A stretch of DNA of 64,000 bases from an uncultured Gammaproteobacteria bacterium (GTDB lineage Bacteria; Patescibacteriota; Patescibacteriia; Magasanikbacterales; UBA10003): NCBI GenBank assembly GCA_964365025.1, contig CAYIOJ010000002.1, positions 20,208-84,207 of the forward strand. Reading direction: 5' to 3'. A program made the position numbers and the translations under genes. Below, in pieces: positions 1 to 9,241 of the stretch. The notes under the pieces are model-generated. The model searched no databases, had not been told where the DNA came from, and was given only the letters and a program-made list of their open reading frames with translations. Each line of letters starts with the position of its first letter. Positions within the stretch are counted from its first letter, which is position 1.

Positions 1-974
1 ACGGAATGAAAGTGCGCGTGTTTGGCTATCCGAAAATTTATCAAAAATCTGGCAAGTTTTCTTTGACCGTGAATAAAGTGGAGCTGTTGGGCGAGGGAAC
101 TTTGAAAAAAGCGTATGATTTGTTAAAAAAAAAATTAACGGCCGAAGGATTGTTCGCTTCGGAGCGCAAGCGGCCGATTCCGCGTTTTCCAACGAGAATC
201 GCTTTGATTACCTCGCCCGGAGCCGCGGCTTACACTGATTTTTTAAAAATTTTGAATAATCGCTGGGGTAGCGTGGAGGTGGATTTGATTCCGGTGACAG
301 TGCAGGGAGTTTCGGCGATTGGAGAAATTGTCAACGCTTTTAAATGGCTTAATAATCACGCGGATGATTATGATGTTTGCGTTTTGACGCGCGGTGGCGG
401 GTCAATGGAGGATTTGCAAGCGTTCAACAGTGAAGAGACGGCGCGGGCAGTATACGGCTCCAAGGTGCCGGTGATTTGCGGCATTGGACACGAACGCGAT
501 GAATGTTTGGCCGAATTTGCGGCTGATGTCCGCGCCTCCACGCCGTCTAATGCCGCCGAGCGTGTCGTGCCCAACCGCGCGGAAATTTTGGGTGAGCTGA
601 GTTTCATCATTGAACAAATGGAGAGCAATTTGAATTATAAAATCAGTAATGTCAGCCACGAGGTGGATAGAATTTTTTCTTTGATTGAGCATCAAGCGCG
701 CGCGCCATTGATCAAGTGTCAGGAATTATTTGGAAATTTTAAACATCGTTTTGAAAGTTTCTTTTTTCAGCTGGAAAATTATGACAAGGGGTTGGATAAT
801 TTTCAAAAAATGCTGGTGAATTTGGATCCGGCGCGGCTGTTGTCGCGCGGTTACAGTATTGTGCGCGGAGAGCGCGGAATTATTCGCCGCGCCGAGGATG
901 TAGCCATCGGGGAGGAAATTGTGGTAGAATTGGGGAGGGGGAAATTGGGCGCAAGTGTTAATAAAAAATATTGA
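1..974 (+). CDS. xseA: Exodeoxyribonuclease VII large subunit, C-terminal part (5' end lies outside the window)
   Basis: The translation has the XseA catalytic-core pattern (ALITSPGAAAYTDFL ... CVLTRGGGSMEDL ... CGIGHERD). The small-subunit gene xseB lies immediately downstream. Confidence 0.8.
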   Translation, partial: GMKVRVFGYPKIYQKSGKFSLTVNKVELLGEGTLKKAYDLLKKKLTAEGLFASERKRPIPRFPTRIALITSPGAAAYTDFLKILNNRWGSVEVDLIPVTVQGVSAIGEIVNAFKWLNNHADDYDVCVLTRGGGSMEDLQAFNSEETARAVYGSKVPVICGIGHERDECLAEFAADVRASTPSNAAERVVPNRAEILGELSFIIEQMESNLNYKISNVSHEVDRIFSLIEHQARAPLIKCQELFGNFKHRFESFFFQLENYDKGLDNFQKMLVNLDPARLLSRGYSIVRGERGIIRRAEDVAIGEEIVVELGRGKLGASVNKKY

Positions 975-1008
975 ATAACCGACCGCTACCGGTCGGCTTT
1001 TCAACGGA

Positions 1009-1080
1009 TGGAGCGAGGGGGAATCGAACCCCTAAAAGCAAGATGGTAAGCCTGCTCCTGGAACCATCCAGACTCGCCCC
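1009..1080 (-). tRNA. tRNA, anticodon unresolved (hand fold gives an 8-nt anticodon loop CUUACCAU)
   Basis: The reverse complement is GGGGCGAGTCTGGATGGTTCCAGGAGCAGGCTTACCATCTTGCTTTTAGGGGTTCGATTCCCCCTCGCTCCA. It has a 7-bp acceptor stem, a D-arm CTGG/CCAG and a T-arm GGGG-TTCGATT-CCCC. The anticodon stem GCAGG/CTTGC closes an 8-nt loop when folded by hand. Confidence 0.55.
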
Positions 1081-1217
1081 TCAACTCTCCACCCAACTGA
1101 AATTATATCACAAAAACAAAAAAGCCCCCAAAAGGGGCTTTCAAGGGCCGGATGGCCTTTCCAGAAACAGGTCTTACCATCAATAAATAGAGTATCAAAA
1201 AAATAAAATAATGTCAA

Positions 1218-1487
1218 GTGGATAACTTTATGTCAGCTAAAATATCAGGTAAAATAAATTTCGCCAAATCATACGATGAGCTTCAAAAGCTGGTGGAGTG
1301 GTTTGAAAAGGGTGATGTGGATTTGGAAGAAGGCGTGAAAAAATTTGAAGAGGGGATTAAGCTGGTGGGCGAGTTAAAAAAGTATTTGGGCAATATTGAG
1401 GCCAAGGTGAAACAAATTAAAATTAAGTTTGAAAATAACGATGAAGATGAAGACGGGGAAGAAGAAAAGGACGGAAAATTATTTTAG
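1218..1487 (+). CDS. xseB: Exodeoxyribonuclease VII small subunit
   Basis: The ~85-aa protein has the XseB helical pattern (YDELQKLVEWFEKGDVDLEEGVKKFEEGIKLVGELKKYL) followed by an acidic tail. It sits beside xseA. The true start may be the Met at 1230. Confidence 0.75.
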   Translation: MDNFMSAKISGKINFAKSYDELQKLVEWFEKGDVDLEEGVKKFEEGIKLVGELKKYLGNIEAKVKQIKIKFENNDEDEDGEEEKDGKLF

Positions 1488-1496
1488 TAATTATAA

Positions 1497-1568
1497 GCGA
1501 AGCTTGAAATTTCGTCGGGCTTCGCAAGTCAAAAACAAGTTTTTGACTTGGCTCATCCCTTGAAATTA
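1497..1568. repeat. 72-bp double-hairpin repeat, copy 1 (second copy at 52320-52390)
   Basis: The sequence is GCGAAGCTTGAAATTTCGTCGGGCTTCGCAAGTCAAAAACAAGTTTTTGACTTGGCTCATCCCTTGAAATT, about 90% identical to the copy at 52320-52390. It contains a GCGAAGC/GCTTCGC hairpin and a CAAAAAC/GTTTTTG hairpin. Confidence 0.7.
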
Positions 1569-1724
1569 TGAAAAATTATTCTCGCAAAACATCAACTCCC
1601 GGCAAGACCGCCTATCGCACGCCCAGCCGCTTTCGCGTGACGAAAAACATTGAGATTACGCAGGAAAAAGCGCGGTATTGCAAGGGGACTAAAGGAAAAA
1701 GAGTTTGTTAGCAACTAAATATTA

Positions 1725-2384
1725 TTGAAATTTATGAAAAAAAAGTTATTCATTTTCGTTATAATTATTTCGTCACTTGTTGTTTTGGTCATGATAATGT
1801 TAACGGCTTTGTTTTATTTTGTTCAACCACCAGATGATTATGCCAGGAATTCATTATATAGTTTATTCTACAGTGAATTACCACAGCCATTGGCACTCCC
1901 AAGGGAGGTGGCATGTCGTTTAAAAGGAGGTAGAATAAAGGTGGCGGGTTGCGGTTTAACATGCAGTTATGCTTGTTTTCCATCTCTTCCAAATGCTGGG
2001 AAGCCATGTAAATCGTCACAAGAATGTGGCGGAACGAAGTGTTTGTTGACGAATAAATCCGAATTAAAAAAATTAAATGGTCGAGAACAAATACAGGTAG
2101 GCGACTCTATCGGTTTAAATCATTTATTTTATGGGTCTATGGAGGCTCTGTATGTCCCAGAAGGATGTTCGCTTGAGTATGAGTTTGAAAAAGACAATGG
2201 TGTGCCGTGGTGGAATGGCGGGTTAATTATAGATTGCAAAGATAAAGAATTATTTGTTGGAGCAGAGTGTCAGGAGTTTGAATTTGGAGGTTGTGAACCA
2301 GCTACAGAATATTTGGGTAAAACAGAGGGCGGTGTTTACAGAATCAGGAGTCTTGAGGGGCCATCATGTAGAAATGTTGGATAA
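1725..2384 (+). CDS. Secreted or membrane-anchored cysteine-rich hypothetical protein
   Basis: It has an N-terminal hydrophobic segment and then a soluble domain with about 16 Cys. No recognisable family. Confidence 0.5.
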   Translation: MKFMKKKLFIFVIIISSLVVLVMIMLTALFYFVQPPDDYARNSLYSLFYSELPQPLALPREVACRLKGGRIKVAGCGLTCSYACFPSLPNAGKPCKSSQECGGTKCLLTNKSELKKLNGREQIQVGDSIGLNHLFYGSMEALYVPEGCSLEYEFEKDNGVPWWNGGLIIDCKDKELFVGAECQEFEFGGCEPATEYLGKTEGGVYRIRSLEGPSCRNVG

Positions 2385-2410
2385 ACCTAAAAAATTGTTT
2401 AAGGTTTCAT

Positions 2411-3100
2411 ATGTTAAAAAATGAGATAGTTGTTTTATCTTTGGGCGGCTCTTTGATTATTCCAAAAGACGGATTTAATTTGGAATTTCTCAAGGGCTTT
2501 AAGAATTTAATTTTGAAATTTGTAAAAAAAGGCACTCGTTTTATTATTGTCTGCGGCGGTGGGCAAACCGCGCGGTCTTACCAGGCCATCGCGCGGGAAA
2601 TCGGCGAACTGACTCCGGAAGATATTGATTGGATTGGCATTCATTCCACGCGGTTAAATGCCCATTTCATGCGCACAATTTTTCGTAAATGGGCGCATCC
2701 GATTGTGGTAAAAGACCCAACGCGAAAATTGCAATGGACAGAAAAGATTTTGGTCGGTTCGGGCTGGAAACCCGGCTGGTCAACTGATTATGACGCGGTG
2801 AAATTAGCGGAATTATATGGAGCCAAACTTGTAATCAATCTTTCCAATGTAGCTTATGTTTGTGACAAAGACCCTAAGAAATTTCCCGACGCGAAAAAAT
2901 TGGAAAAAATTTCTTGGTCTGGATATAGAAAAATCGTGGGCGATAAATGGAGTCCGGGCGCCAATTGGCCGTTTGATCCGGTGGCGAGCAAAGAAGCGGA
3001 AAAAATGAAATTAAAAGTAATTGTAATGGATGGGACAAATTTATTGGAGGTGGAAAAAGCGATAGGGGGAAAGAAATTTAAAGGAACAGAAATTATATGA
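2411..3100 (+). CDS. pyrH: UMP kinase, archaeal-type PyrH of the amino-acid kinase family
   Basis: Carries the VVLSLGGS motif, IVCGGGQTAR, GWKPGWSTDYDA and a DKDP-type motif. The length of 229 aa is typical of archaeal-type UMP kinases. Confidence 0.7.
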   Translation: MLKNEIVVLSLGGSLIIPKDGFNLEFLKGFKNLILKFVKKGTRFIIVCGGGQTARSYQAIAREIGELTPEDIDWIGIHSTRLNAHFMRTIFRKWAHPIVVKDPTRKLQWTEKILVGSGWKPGWSTDYDAVKLAELYGAKLVINLSNVAYVCDKDPKKFPDAKKLEKISWSGYRKIVGDKWSPGANWPFDPVASKEAEKMKLKVIVMDGTNLLEVEKAIGGKKFKGTEII

Positions 3101-3285
3101 CTGAAGGAAGACCAATTTCTTTGGAGGAGTTAAGGGCGAGATTTGAACAAGAGCAAGCAACTAATGCCAGATTGAAAAGTTTGGATGGAATGACGCGCAA
3201 GGGTGGGGCGCAGGCCGAAGCGGCTGAAAGAGCCAAGCGTCGGCTGGTGTTTGGAAATGAGGGGAAAAGGAAACAATCCGCTTGA
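3097..3285 (+). CDS. Small hypothetical protein (62 aa)
   Basis: Its ATG overlaps the pyrH stop as ATGA. It is charged and helical, with no family assignment. Confidence 0.3.
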   Translation: MTEGRPISLEELRARFEQEQATNARLKSLDGMTRKGGAQAEAAERAKRRLVFGNEGKRKQSA

Positions 3286-3309
3286 CACATTTTTTATATC
3301 CTGTATAAT
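3282..3309 (+). promoter_or_regulatory. Sigma70-like promoter (TTGACA-16-TATAAT) in front of a ~200-nt leader before rplJ
   Basis: TTGACA lies at 3282-3287 and TATAAT at 3304-3309. A long untranslated leader runs up to rplJ, consistent with an L10-leader type autoregulatory region. Confidence 0.55.
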
Positions 3310-3515
3310 ATAGTTAACCATAGACAGCAGGTGGCCGATTTGGCCTTAATTGCCTGCCGAGGTTTGAGCTAAAAGTGCCTGTTTAAGGCGTTTTAAGGTC
3401 GAAGCCAACCGTAGATTCTGTGGTAAAACACAGTTTTTTTATAATTTCAAAGGCCGAACAGGTTGAAAAAATTATTTTTCAATTTGTGAGGCCTGCCGAA
3501 ATTTCAAACTTGTTT

Positions 3516-4037
3516 ATGCCAAAAACACGAGATGAAAAGACACAAATCGTAGCTGATTTGACTAAACTCTTTAAAGAGATGAAATCGGCTGTTTTTGCCG
3601 ATTTTAAGGGTTTAAAGGTCAAAAACATCACTGAATTGCGCCGGCTTTGCCAAGGACAAAAAGTTTCCTATGGTCTGGCCAAAAAAACATTAATTCGGCT
3701 GGCCGCGAAAAACGCCGGTGTGGATTTTAATCCCGACAGCGTTGACGGTTCTTACGCTTTGGCTTTTGGGTTGGAAGACGAGGTCGCGCCGGCCAAAGTG
3801 TTGGCGGATTTTGCCAAAAAGCATGAGGCCTTGAAAATTCTCGGCGGCATTTTGGAGGGCAAGATGGTGGACAAGGTGGTCATTGGCTCCTTGGCCAAAT
3901 TGCCAAGCAAGCCGGAACTTCTGGCCAAATTGGTTGGTTCTTTGCAATCACCCATTTCCGGTATGGTCAATGTTTTAGCCGGTAATTTGCGCGGTTTAGT
4001 GCAAGTTCTTAATGCTTACCAAAAATCTAAAGCTTAA
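3516..4037 (+). CDS. rplJ: 50S ribosomal protein L10
   Basis: The L10 pattern begins at [15 protein letters not shown]. The ORF opens at 3420 but the conserved start is the Met at 3516. rplL follows. Confidence 0.85.
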   Translation: MPKTRDEKTQIVADLTKLFKEMKSAVFADFKGLKVKNITELRRLCQGQKVSYGLAKKTLIRLAAKNAGVDFNPDSVDGSYALAFGLEDEVAPAKVLADFAKKHEALKILGGILEGKMVDKVVIGSLAKLPSKPELLAKLVGSLQSPISGMVNVLAGNLRGLVQVLNAYQKSKA

Positions 4038-4048
4038 TTAAAAAATAT

Positions 4049-4450
4049 ATGTCTGACGAACAAAAAAAAGAAGTGCCTGAAAAATTCAAGGCCTTAGTTG
4101 AACAGATTGAAAAATTGTCTGTTCTTGACCTTGCCGAATTGGTGAAGGTTTTAGAGGAAAAATTCGGCGTTTCCGCCGCCGCGCCAGTCGCAGTCGCGGC
4201 TGTCGGAGCCGGAGCGTCCGCGCCAGCCGAGGAAGAAAAGTCATCCTTCAACGTGGAATTGATTGAAGCCGGCGGCAACAAAATCGCGGTGATTAAAGTC
4301 ATTCGCGAAGTTACCGGTTTGGGTCTGGCCGATGCCAAGGGTTTGGTTGACGGCGCTCCCAAGATGGTTAAAGAGGGTGTGGATAAGGCCACAGCCGAGT
4401 CCATTCAAAAGAAGGTGACTGAAGCCGGCGGTAAGGTGACCTTAAAATAA
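4049..4450 (+). CDS. rplL: 50S ribosomal protein L7/L12
   Basis: It shows the Ala/Val-rich hinge and the C-terminal domain [33 protein letters not shown]. Confidence 0.9.
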   Translation: MSDEQKKEVPEKFKALVEQIEKLSVLDLAELVKVLEEKFGVSAAAPVAVAAVGAGASAPAEEEKSSFNVELIEAGGNKIAVIKVIREVTGLGLADAKGLVDGAPKMVKEGVDKATAESIQKKVTEAGGKVTLK

Positions 4451-4463
4451 TTTTTAAGCAAAT

Positions 4464-4492
4464 ACTAAAAAATTCCTCACGGGGAATTTTTT
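4464..4492. terminator. Bidirectional rho-independent terminator between rplL and the convergent minus-strand gene
   Basis: AAAAAATTCC-TCAC-GGGGAATTTTTT hairpin with flanking T and A runs. Confidence 0.5.
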
Positions 4493-6677
4493 AGTATTCA
4501 ATACTTTGTATTTTCATTCCGTTCAACAAGTAGATTGTTTTATTTTTCTCGTTGACGCTTAGATCTTGAAGGTCGGTGAATTCTTCGGCTGTGTATTGGG
4601 CAACCAATTTTTGCGTTTTTTTATTCCAGATAATCACTCGTTTTTGTCCCGGGTCTAGAATAAAGATGTTCTGCGAATCGGGCGAGCTAAAAATTTTTAC
4701 GGCTGAATTTAACTGCGGGTCTAGCGCGGAGAGCGAAAAATTTTGTAAATGGCCGCTGTCCAGTTTTGACACGCTGCCGTAAGGCCTCGCAATGTAGATT
4801 GATCCATCAATGGCCCAGCCGGTAAGGTCAGACACTGAAATATCTTCTTTGAGCCAACCGGCTCCTTTGGCAAAACCGGTGGTGCTTTCTTTGTGTTTGG
4901 CAATCAGATTATTTTTTACATCCAATGAGTACAGATAAGTATTATAATGGCCAATGAGTTTTATTTCCGAATCAGTCTTGGGCCAGATTATTTCCAAAGA
5001 AGAAAATTCGCCTGTTTTGAGGTCAAATTGCGTCAGTCGGTCTTTGCCATTGAGCAGTAACACTAATCCGTCTTTTTTTACGAATTTATATTTTAATTCT
5101 CCCGCAAGAGGCGAAGTTAAGGCGACTGATGTTTTGCTTTTTGTGTCGTATCGCCAAAGATTAGTATCATTATTGCAGAAAAAGAAAAAAGATAATTTGG
5201 CGGCGATAAGGTCGGTCGGTTGGCAAGTTAGATTTAGCGCGGACAAATCAGCCGCGAGTGTTGGCACAATCGTTTTCAGGTGGCGGAGCTTAGCGGCGAT
5301 AATTTCGGCGTTGACGAGTAAATTTTGCCGCATGGTTCGCCGGTTGGCGGAATTTTGGGGAAATTCAGTTAGGTCATTTTTAATTTCTGTCAGCAATTTT
5401 TCAGCTTGTTCTTCGTCTTTATAGATAATGCTTGATTCGGCTTGGTCTATTTTTTCTTTAATGCCATTCAACAGTTGATTATATTTTTCCTGCTCCAAAC
5501 GATTGTTGTTTTGTTGATAACTCCAGCCCACGCTTACGATAAAAATCGCGCCAACGATCAGCGCTCCTAAAAATAAGTAGCGGCGAGTCGGCGGTAATGC
5601 TAGAATTTTGGCGCGTGGGGCTTGCCAGAGTTTTTGGGCCAGCGCGCGCAGGGCGGTGATACCGGCTGTTTTTTTCACTATCGGTTCAGTCGGCGGCTTG
5701 GCCGTTCGGCTGAAAAATTTAATCATTTCACGCCAGGTTTTTTTCATCTGCCCCTGCCAGCCGGTCAGGCGGTTATAGATTTTTGTGATTTTTTTAATTG
5801 TTTCCAAATCCGAATCCTGTTTATTTTTCGTTTTGTTAAAGAATTTTTTGAACATCAGCCAAAGTGAAGGCGACAGGATGTTTTCCGTCTCTTTTTCTTT
5901 ATACACTAAGCGGCGGATAGAATTGTCCGGCGTAACGCGTTCGGTGGAAGCGATTTGAATTTGCCTTTGCGCCGATGGCGTTAAAAGATTAATAATCAAC
6001 CCGCCGAAAGAAAGCTGGTTGGCGATTTGATTTAAAGTTTTTTCCAAATAACGGCAGGCGTTTTCCATTGGGCGCGACAAAATAATTTTTTCCAAGCGGT
6101 CAATGGTAATAAAATCAAAAACCGCGCCCGTGCAAAATATAACCAGATTGTCCGGGCTCAAATCACCGGAAACCAGATTAGAGAAAAAAGGCCCGGCTTC
6201 TTTCTGTCTATCTCCGTAAGTTTTAATTAGGTCAAGATGGCGGTATTTTTCGCCGTCTTTAAAAATGATGTAGCCGCTAATGCGGCCATTGAAAGTAAAT
6301 TGTAATTGATTATTTTTTATGCCGCCAAAAATAAAATTCAATTCGTTTAATTCATCGGGTTTAAGCATTTGGCCGATCAGACGGTTGGCCCACTCCAAAT
6401 TGTGTTCAAAAGCGTTGTCCGGGTTGTCTTTGATTTCTTCCTCATAGTGACGAAGCATTTGATTGATGAGAATCGGCATTGTTTCTCTAAGATGGGGCGT
6501 CGGATGATATTCCACCATGGCGAAAAGACGGCTCATCGGCAGATTGTGCTTGGGCGGCGGCGCCAAAGACAAAAGTACGCGCGAATGGTCTTTGAGCGAC
6601 GACTGGGTGAGGAAGGTATTTAGTTCAGTGGAATTAATTGGCATAAACAAAGCGGCGTTTGACTGCGCACCTTGCAT
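4491..6677 (-). CDS. Single-pass membrane protein with a cytoplasmic N-terminal domain (possibly PP2C-like) and an extracytoplasmic beta-propeller-like repeat domain
   Basis: 728 aa with one TM helix (YLFLGALIVGAIFIVSVGW) near residue 360. The N-terminal domain has a weak PP2C-like segment (VSGDLSPDNLVIFCTGAVFDF). The C-terminal half is repetitive and beta-rich. Confidence 0.5.
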   Translation of the reverse strand: MQGAQSNAALFMPINSTELNTFLTQSSLKDHSRVLLSLAPPPKHNLPMSRLFAMVEYHPTPHLRETMPILINQMLRHYEEEIKDNPDNAFEHNLEWANRLIGQMLKPDELNELNFIFGGIKNNQLQFTFNGRISGYIIFKDGEKYRHLDLIKTYGDRQKEAGPFFSNLVSGDLSPDNLVIFCTGAVFDFITIDRLEKIILSRPMENACRYLEKTLNQIANQLSFGGLIINLLTPSAQRQIQIASTERVTPDNSIRRLVYKEKETENILSPSLWLMFKKFFNKTKNKQDSDLETIKKITKIYNRLTGWQGQMKKTWREMIKFFSRTAKPPTEPIVKKTAGITALRALAQKLWQAPRAKILALPPTRRYLFLGALIVGAIFIVSVGWSYQQNNNRLEQEKYNQLLNGIKEKIDQAESSIIYKDEEQAEKLLTEIKNDLTEFPQNSANRRTMRQNLLVNAEIIAAKLRHLKTIVPTLAADLSALNLTCQPTDLIAAKLSFFFFCNNDTNLWRYDTKSKTSVALTSPLAGELKYKFVKKDGLVLLLNGKDRLTQFDLKTGEFSSLEIIWPKTDSEIKLIGHYNTYLYSLDVKNNLIAKHKESTTGFAKGAGWLKEDISVSDLTGWAIDGSIYIARPYGSVSKLDSGHLQNFSLSALDPQLNSAVKIFSSPDSQNIFILDPGQKRVIIWNKKTQKLVAQYTAEEFTDLQDLSVNEKNKTIYLLNGMKIQSIEY

Positions 6678-6733
6678 AAATTATACTATAAGAAAGACAT
6701 TATTATCAAATTTTGTTAATTTTAATCTTAAAT

Positions 6734-7354
6734 ATGCTTGAATACCTTTTTGGTTCAAAGACGCGCCTTAAGCTTTTACGCCTTTTTTTTAATCAGCCGG
6801 AGCAAAAATTTTTTGTCCGCGAGCTGACGCGGCTGGTCAATACGCAGATTAATTCCGTGCGCCGCGAATTAGTACACTTATTGAACGCCCAGATTATTAT
6901 TCCGGGCGAAGCTGATGAGCCGGCGGCTGAAAAAAAAGACAAAAAGAAGATGGATGGCAAAAGAAAGTATTATTGCTTGAATCCGCGCGGCGTGATTAAT
7001 TCCGAGTTGCGAGCGCTTTTGCTCAAGGCCCAATTTTGGGGGGAGAAGCAGTTGATTGAAACGGTAAAGAAGATCGGGCACATTGATTTTTTAGTTTTGG
7101 CCGGCCGTTTTGTCGGCTTGCCTGAAGCGCCTACCGATTTGCTGATTGTTGGCAACTTGGCCAAAAAAGATTTGAGCAAATTGATTCGCGTGTTTGAAGA
7201 TGATTTTGGCGGCGAGGTGCGTTATACCGTGATGACGCCAAAAGAATTTTTGTATCGGCGCGATGTGGCTGACAAATTTTTATCGGCTATTTTTGAAAAT
7301 AAGCATCTGGTGGCGGTGGATAATCTGCCCACTCCGTACAGTTTGGAAAAATAA
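6734..7354 (+). CDS. Winged-helix (ArsR-like) DNA-binding domain protein
   Basis: N-terminal wHTH pattern (LFGSKTRLKLLRLF ... FVRELTR) with an uncharacterised C-terminal domain. Confidence 0.4.
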   Translation: MLEYLFGSKTRLKLLRLFFNQPEQKFFVRELTRLVNTQINSVRRELVHLLNAQIIIPGEADEPAAEKKDKKKMDGKRKYYCLNPRGVINSELRALLLKAQFWGEKQLIETVKKIGHIDFLVLAGRFVGLPEAPTDLLIVGNLAKKDLSKLIRVFEDDFGGEVRYTVMTPKEFLYRRDVADKFLSAIFENKHLVAVDNLPTPYSLEK

Positions 7355-7355
7355 T

Positions 7356-7775
7356 ATGGCCGGATTATTTTTAATAATTGATGTTACTGATTTTGACAGG
7401 CTGGTCATGGCTTTTGGCGGCAGGGGGAAAACTATGCGCAAATCATGGAAAAAACTACCCGGCCGGCATTTGAATATCCTGTTATGTTTGGATAAATTTT
7501 TAAAGCGAGCCAAGACGAAACTGAAAGATTTGACCGGTTTAGTTTTATTGGAAGGTGGTGGCAGTTTTTCAGGTACGCGTCAGGCCGCGGCGATTTTAAA
7601 CACAATTTGCTTGGTGGAGAAAATTCCCGTTTTGGGATTGGATAAAAGAAAATACGGCGATGATCGGCAAAAAATTACGGAAATTGCGGAAAGATATTTC
7701 CGCCGGTCCCAAAAGGGTAAATTTATTAAGCCGATTTATAGCGGTGAACCGAATATCACATGTCCGACTATTTGA
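7356..7775 (+). CDS. tsaB: tRNA threonylcarbamoyladenosine biosynthesis protein TsaB (short single-domain form)
   Basis: Begins MAGLFLIIDVTD and carries LVLLEGGGSFSGTRQAAAILNTICL, the YeaZ/TsaB signature. The ORF opens at 7263 but the conserved start is at 7356. Confidence 0.65.
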   Translation: MAGLFLIIDVTDFDRLVMAFGGRGKTMRKSWKKLPGRHLNILLCLDKFLKRAKTKLKDLTGLVLLEGGGSFSGTRQAAAILNTICLVEKIPVLGLDKRKYGDDRQKITEIAERYFRRSQKGKFIKPIYSGEPNITCPTI

Positions 7776-9241
7776 AATATCGTTTTTTGGAAATTATTCC
7801 AGGTTTCATGGTCTGGTTTACTTTGATAATGTCCGTGGTTTTGTCGTTTATAAAACCGCTGTGGCTCATGTATTTTGTGATTGTGTTTGACCTGTATTGG
7901 TTTTTCCGCGTCAGTTATTTTATTTTTTATCTTTTTATTTCCGGTTGGCGTTTGAATCGCATCAAAAAAATTGACTGGCTGGCCAAATTGCGCCAGGAAA
8001 TTTTCGGCTGGGAAAATAAATATCATTTGATTTTTTTGCCCACGGCTAACGAACCGCTGAAAGTGATTGAGGGCACTTTTAAAGCGTTGACCGAGGCCGA
8101 GTATCCCTTGGATAAATTTATTGTGGTTTTATGCGGCGAAGAGCGTGGCGGCAAAGAAAGATTTTTAAATATCGCTGAAAAAATCAAAAATCAATTTGGC
8201 GATAAATTTAAAAAATTTATTATCACCGTACACCCGGACGACCTCGTGGGCGAAATCAAAGGCAAGGGGTCAAATTTGAATTATGCCGGACATTTGGTTC
8301 AAAAAATGATTGACGCCTGGAAAATTCCTTACGACGACATTATTGTCTCCAGTTTTGACATAGATACGCGCGTGCATCCGCAATATTTTGCCTATCTGAC
8401 GCATCTTTATTGCACCGAGTCGAGGCCGACGCACGCTTCGTATCAGCCGGTGGCGCTATACAATAATAACATTTGGCAGAGCAATCCTTTATTGCGCGTG
8501 ACGGCTTTTGGCACGACTTTTTGGATTATGACTGAATTGGAGCGGCCGGATCGGCTATTCACCTTTTCCTCGCACAGCATGTCTTTCCGCGCTTTGGTGG
8601 ATGTGGGGTTTTGGCAAAAAAACATCGTTACCGAGGATTCGCGTATTTTTTTACAATGTTTCTTGCGCTACAGCGGGGACTATCGCGTGGTGCCGATGTA
8701 TTTGCCGGTGTCCATGAACACGGCCGAAGGCGAACATTTTTGGGACAGCGTTAAAAATGTGTACAAGCAACAGCGGCGCTGGGCTTGGGGCGTGGAGCAT
8801 TTTCCTTTTATGGTGTGGCATTTCTTGCGGCACAAGCATATTCCTTGGGCGAAAAAAATAAAATATCTTTGGAATTTGGGCGAGGGGATGTATTCCTGGG
8901 CTTCGGCCCCCATTTTAATTTTTATTCTGGGCCGCTTGCCCTTGTATTTAGCGCCCGAGGCCGTGCGCGGTTCGGCTTTTTATCAAAACACGCCGTTCAC
9001 CCTGGAGTCGCTGATGAATTTGGCCATGGCCGGCATTTTGTTTTCCGCCATTTTTAATATTTTGCTTTTGCCCCGGCCGCCCAACTCCAAACCCTGGAAC
9101 TATCCAATTATGATTTTGCAATGGATTTTTTTGCCAATCACTTTAATTATTTTCGGCTCTATTCCGGCCATTGACGCGCAGACGCGGCTGATGCTGGGCC
9201 GTTATCTTGGTTTTTATGTCGCCAAAAAGAAAACTGATTAA
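7760..9241 (+). CDS. Membrane glycosyltransferase, family 2 (cellulose-synthase-like)
   Basis: N-terminal TM helices, a D,D,D-type GT-A core and a QQRRWAWG (QxxRW) motif, followed by C-terminal TM helices. Confidence 0.75.
   Translation: MSDYLKYRFLEIIPGFMVWFTLIMSVVLSFIKPLWLMYFVIVFDLYWFFRVSYFIFYLFISGWRLNRIKKIDWLAKLRQEIFGWENKYHLIFLPTANEPLKVIEGTFKALTEAEYPLDKFIVVLCGEERGGKERFLNIAEKIKNQFGDKFKKFIITVHPDDLVGEIKGKGSNLNYAGHLVQKMIDAWKIPYDDIIVSSFDIDTRVHPQYFAYLTHLYCTESRPTHASYQPVALYNNNIWQSNPLLRVTAFGTTFWIMTELERPDRLFTFSSHSMSFRALVDVGFWQKNIVTEDSRIFLQCFLRYSGDYRVVPMYLPVSMNTAEGEHFWDSVKNVYKQQRRWAWGVEHFPFMVWHFLRHKHIPWAKKIKYLWNLGEGMYSWASAPILIFILGRLPLYLAPEAVRGSAFYQNTPFTLESLMNLAMAGILFSAIFNILLLPRPPNSKPWNYPIMILQWIFLPITLIIFGSIPAIDAQTRLMLGRYLGFYVAKKKTD

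Noticed and set aside
1567-1710. 47-codon basic ORF (MKNYSRKTSTPGKTAYRTPSRFRV...) after the 72-bp repeat
   Set aside because: No family resemblance and no clear translation signals. Possibly a real small protein, but unsupported.
3690-4404. Minus-strand ORFs overlapping rplJ and rplL
   Set aside because: They are antisense to highly conserved ribosomal protein genes. Judged spurious.
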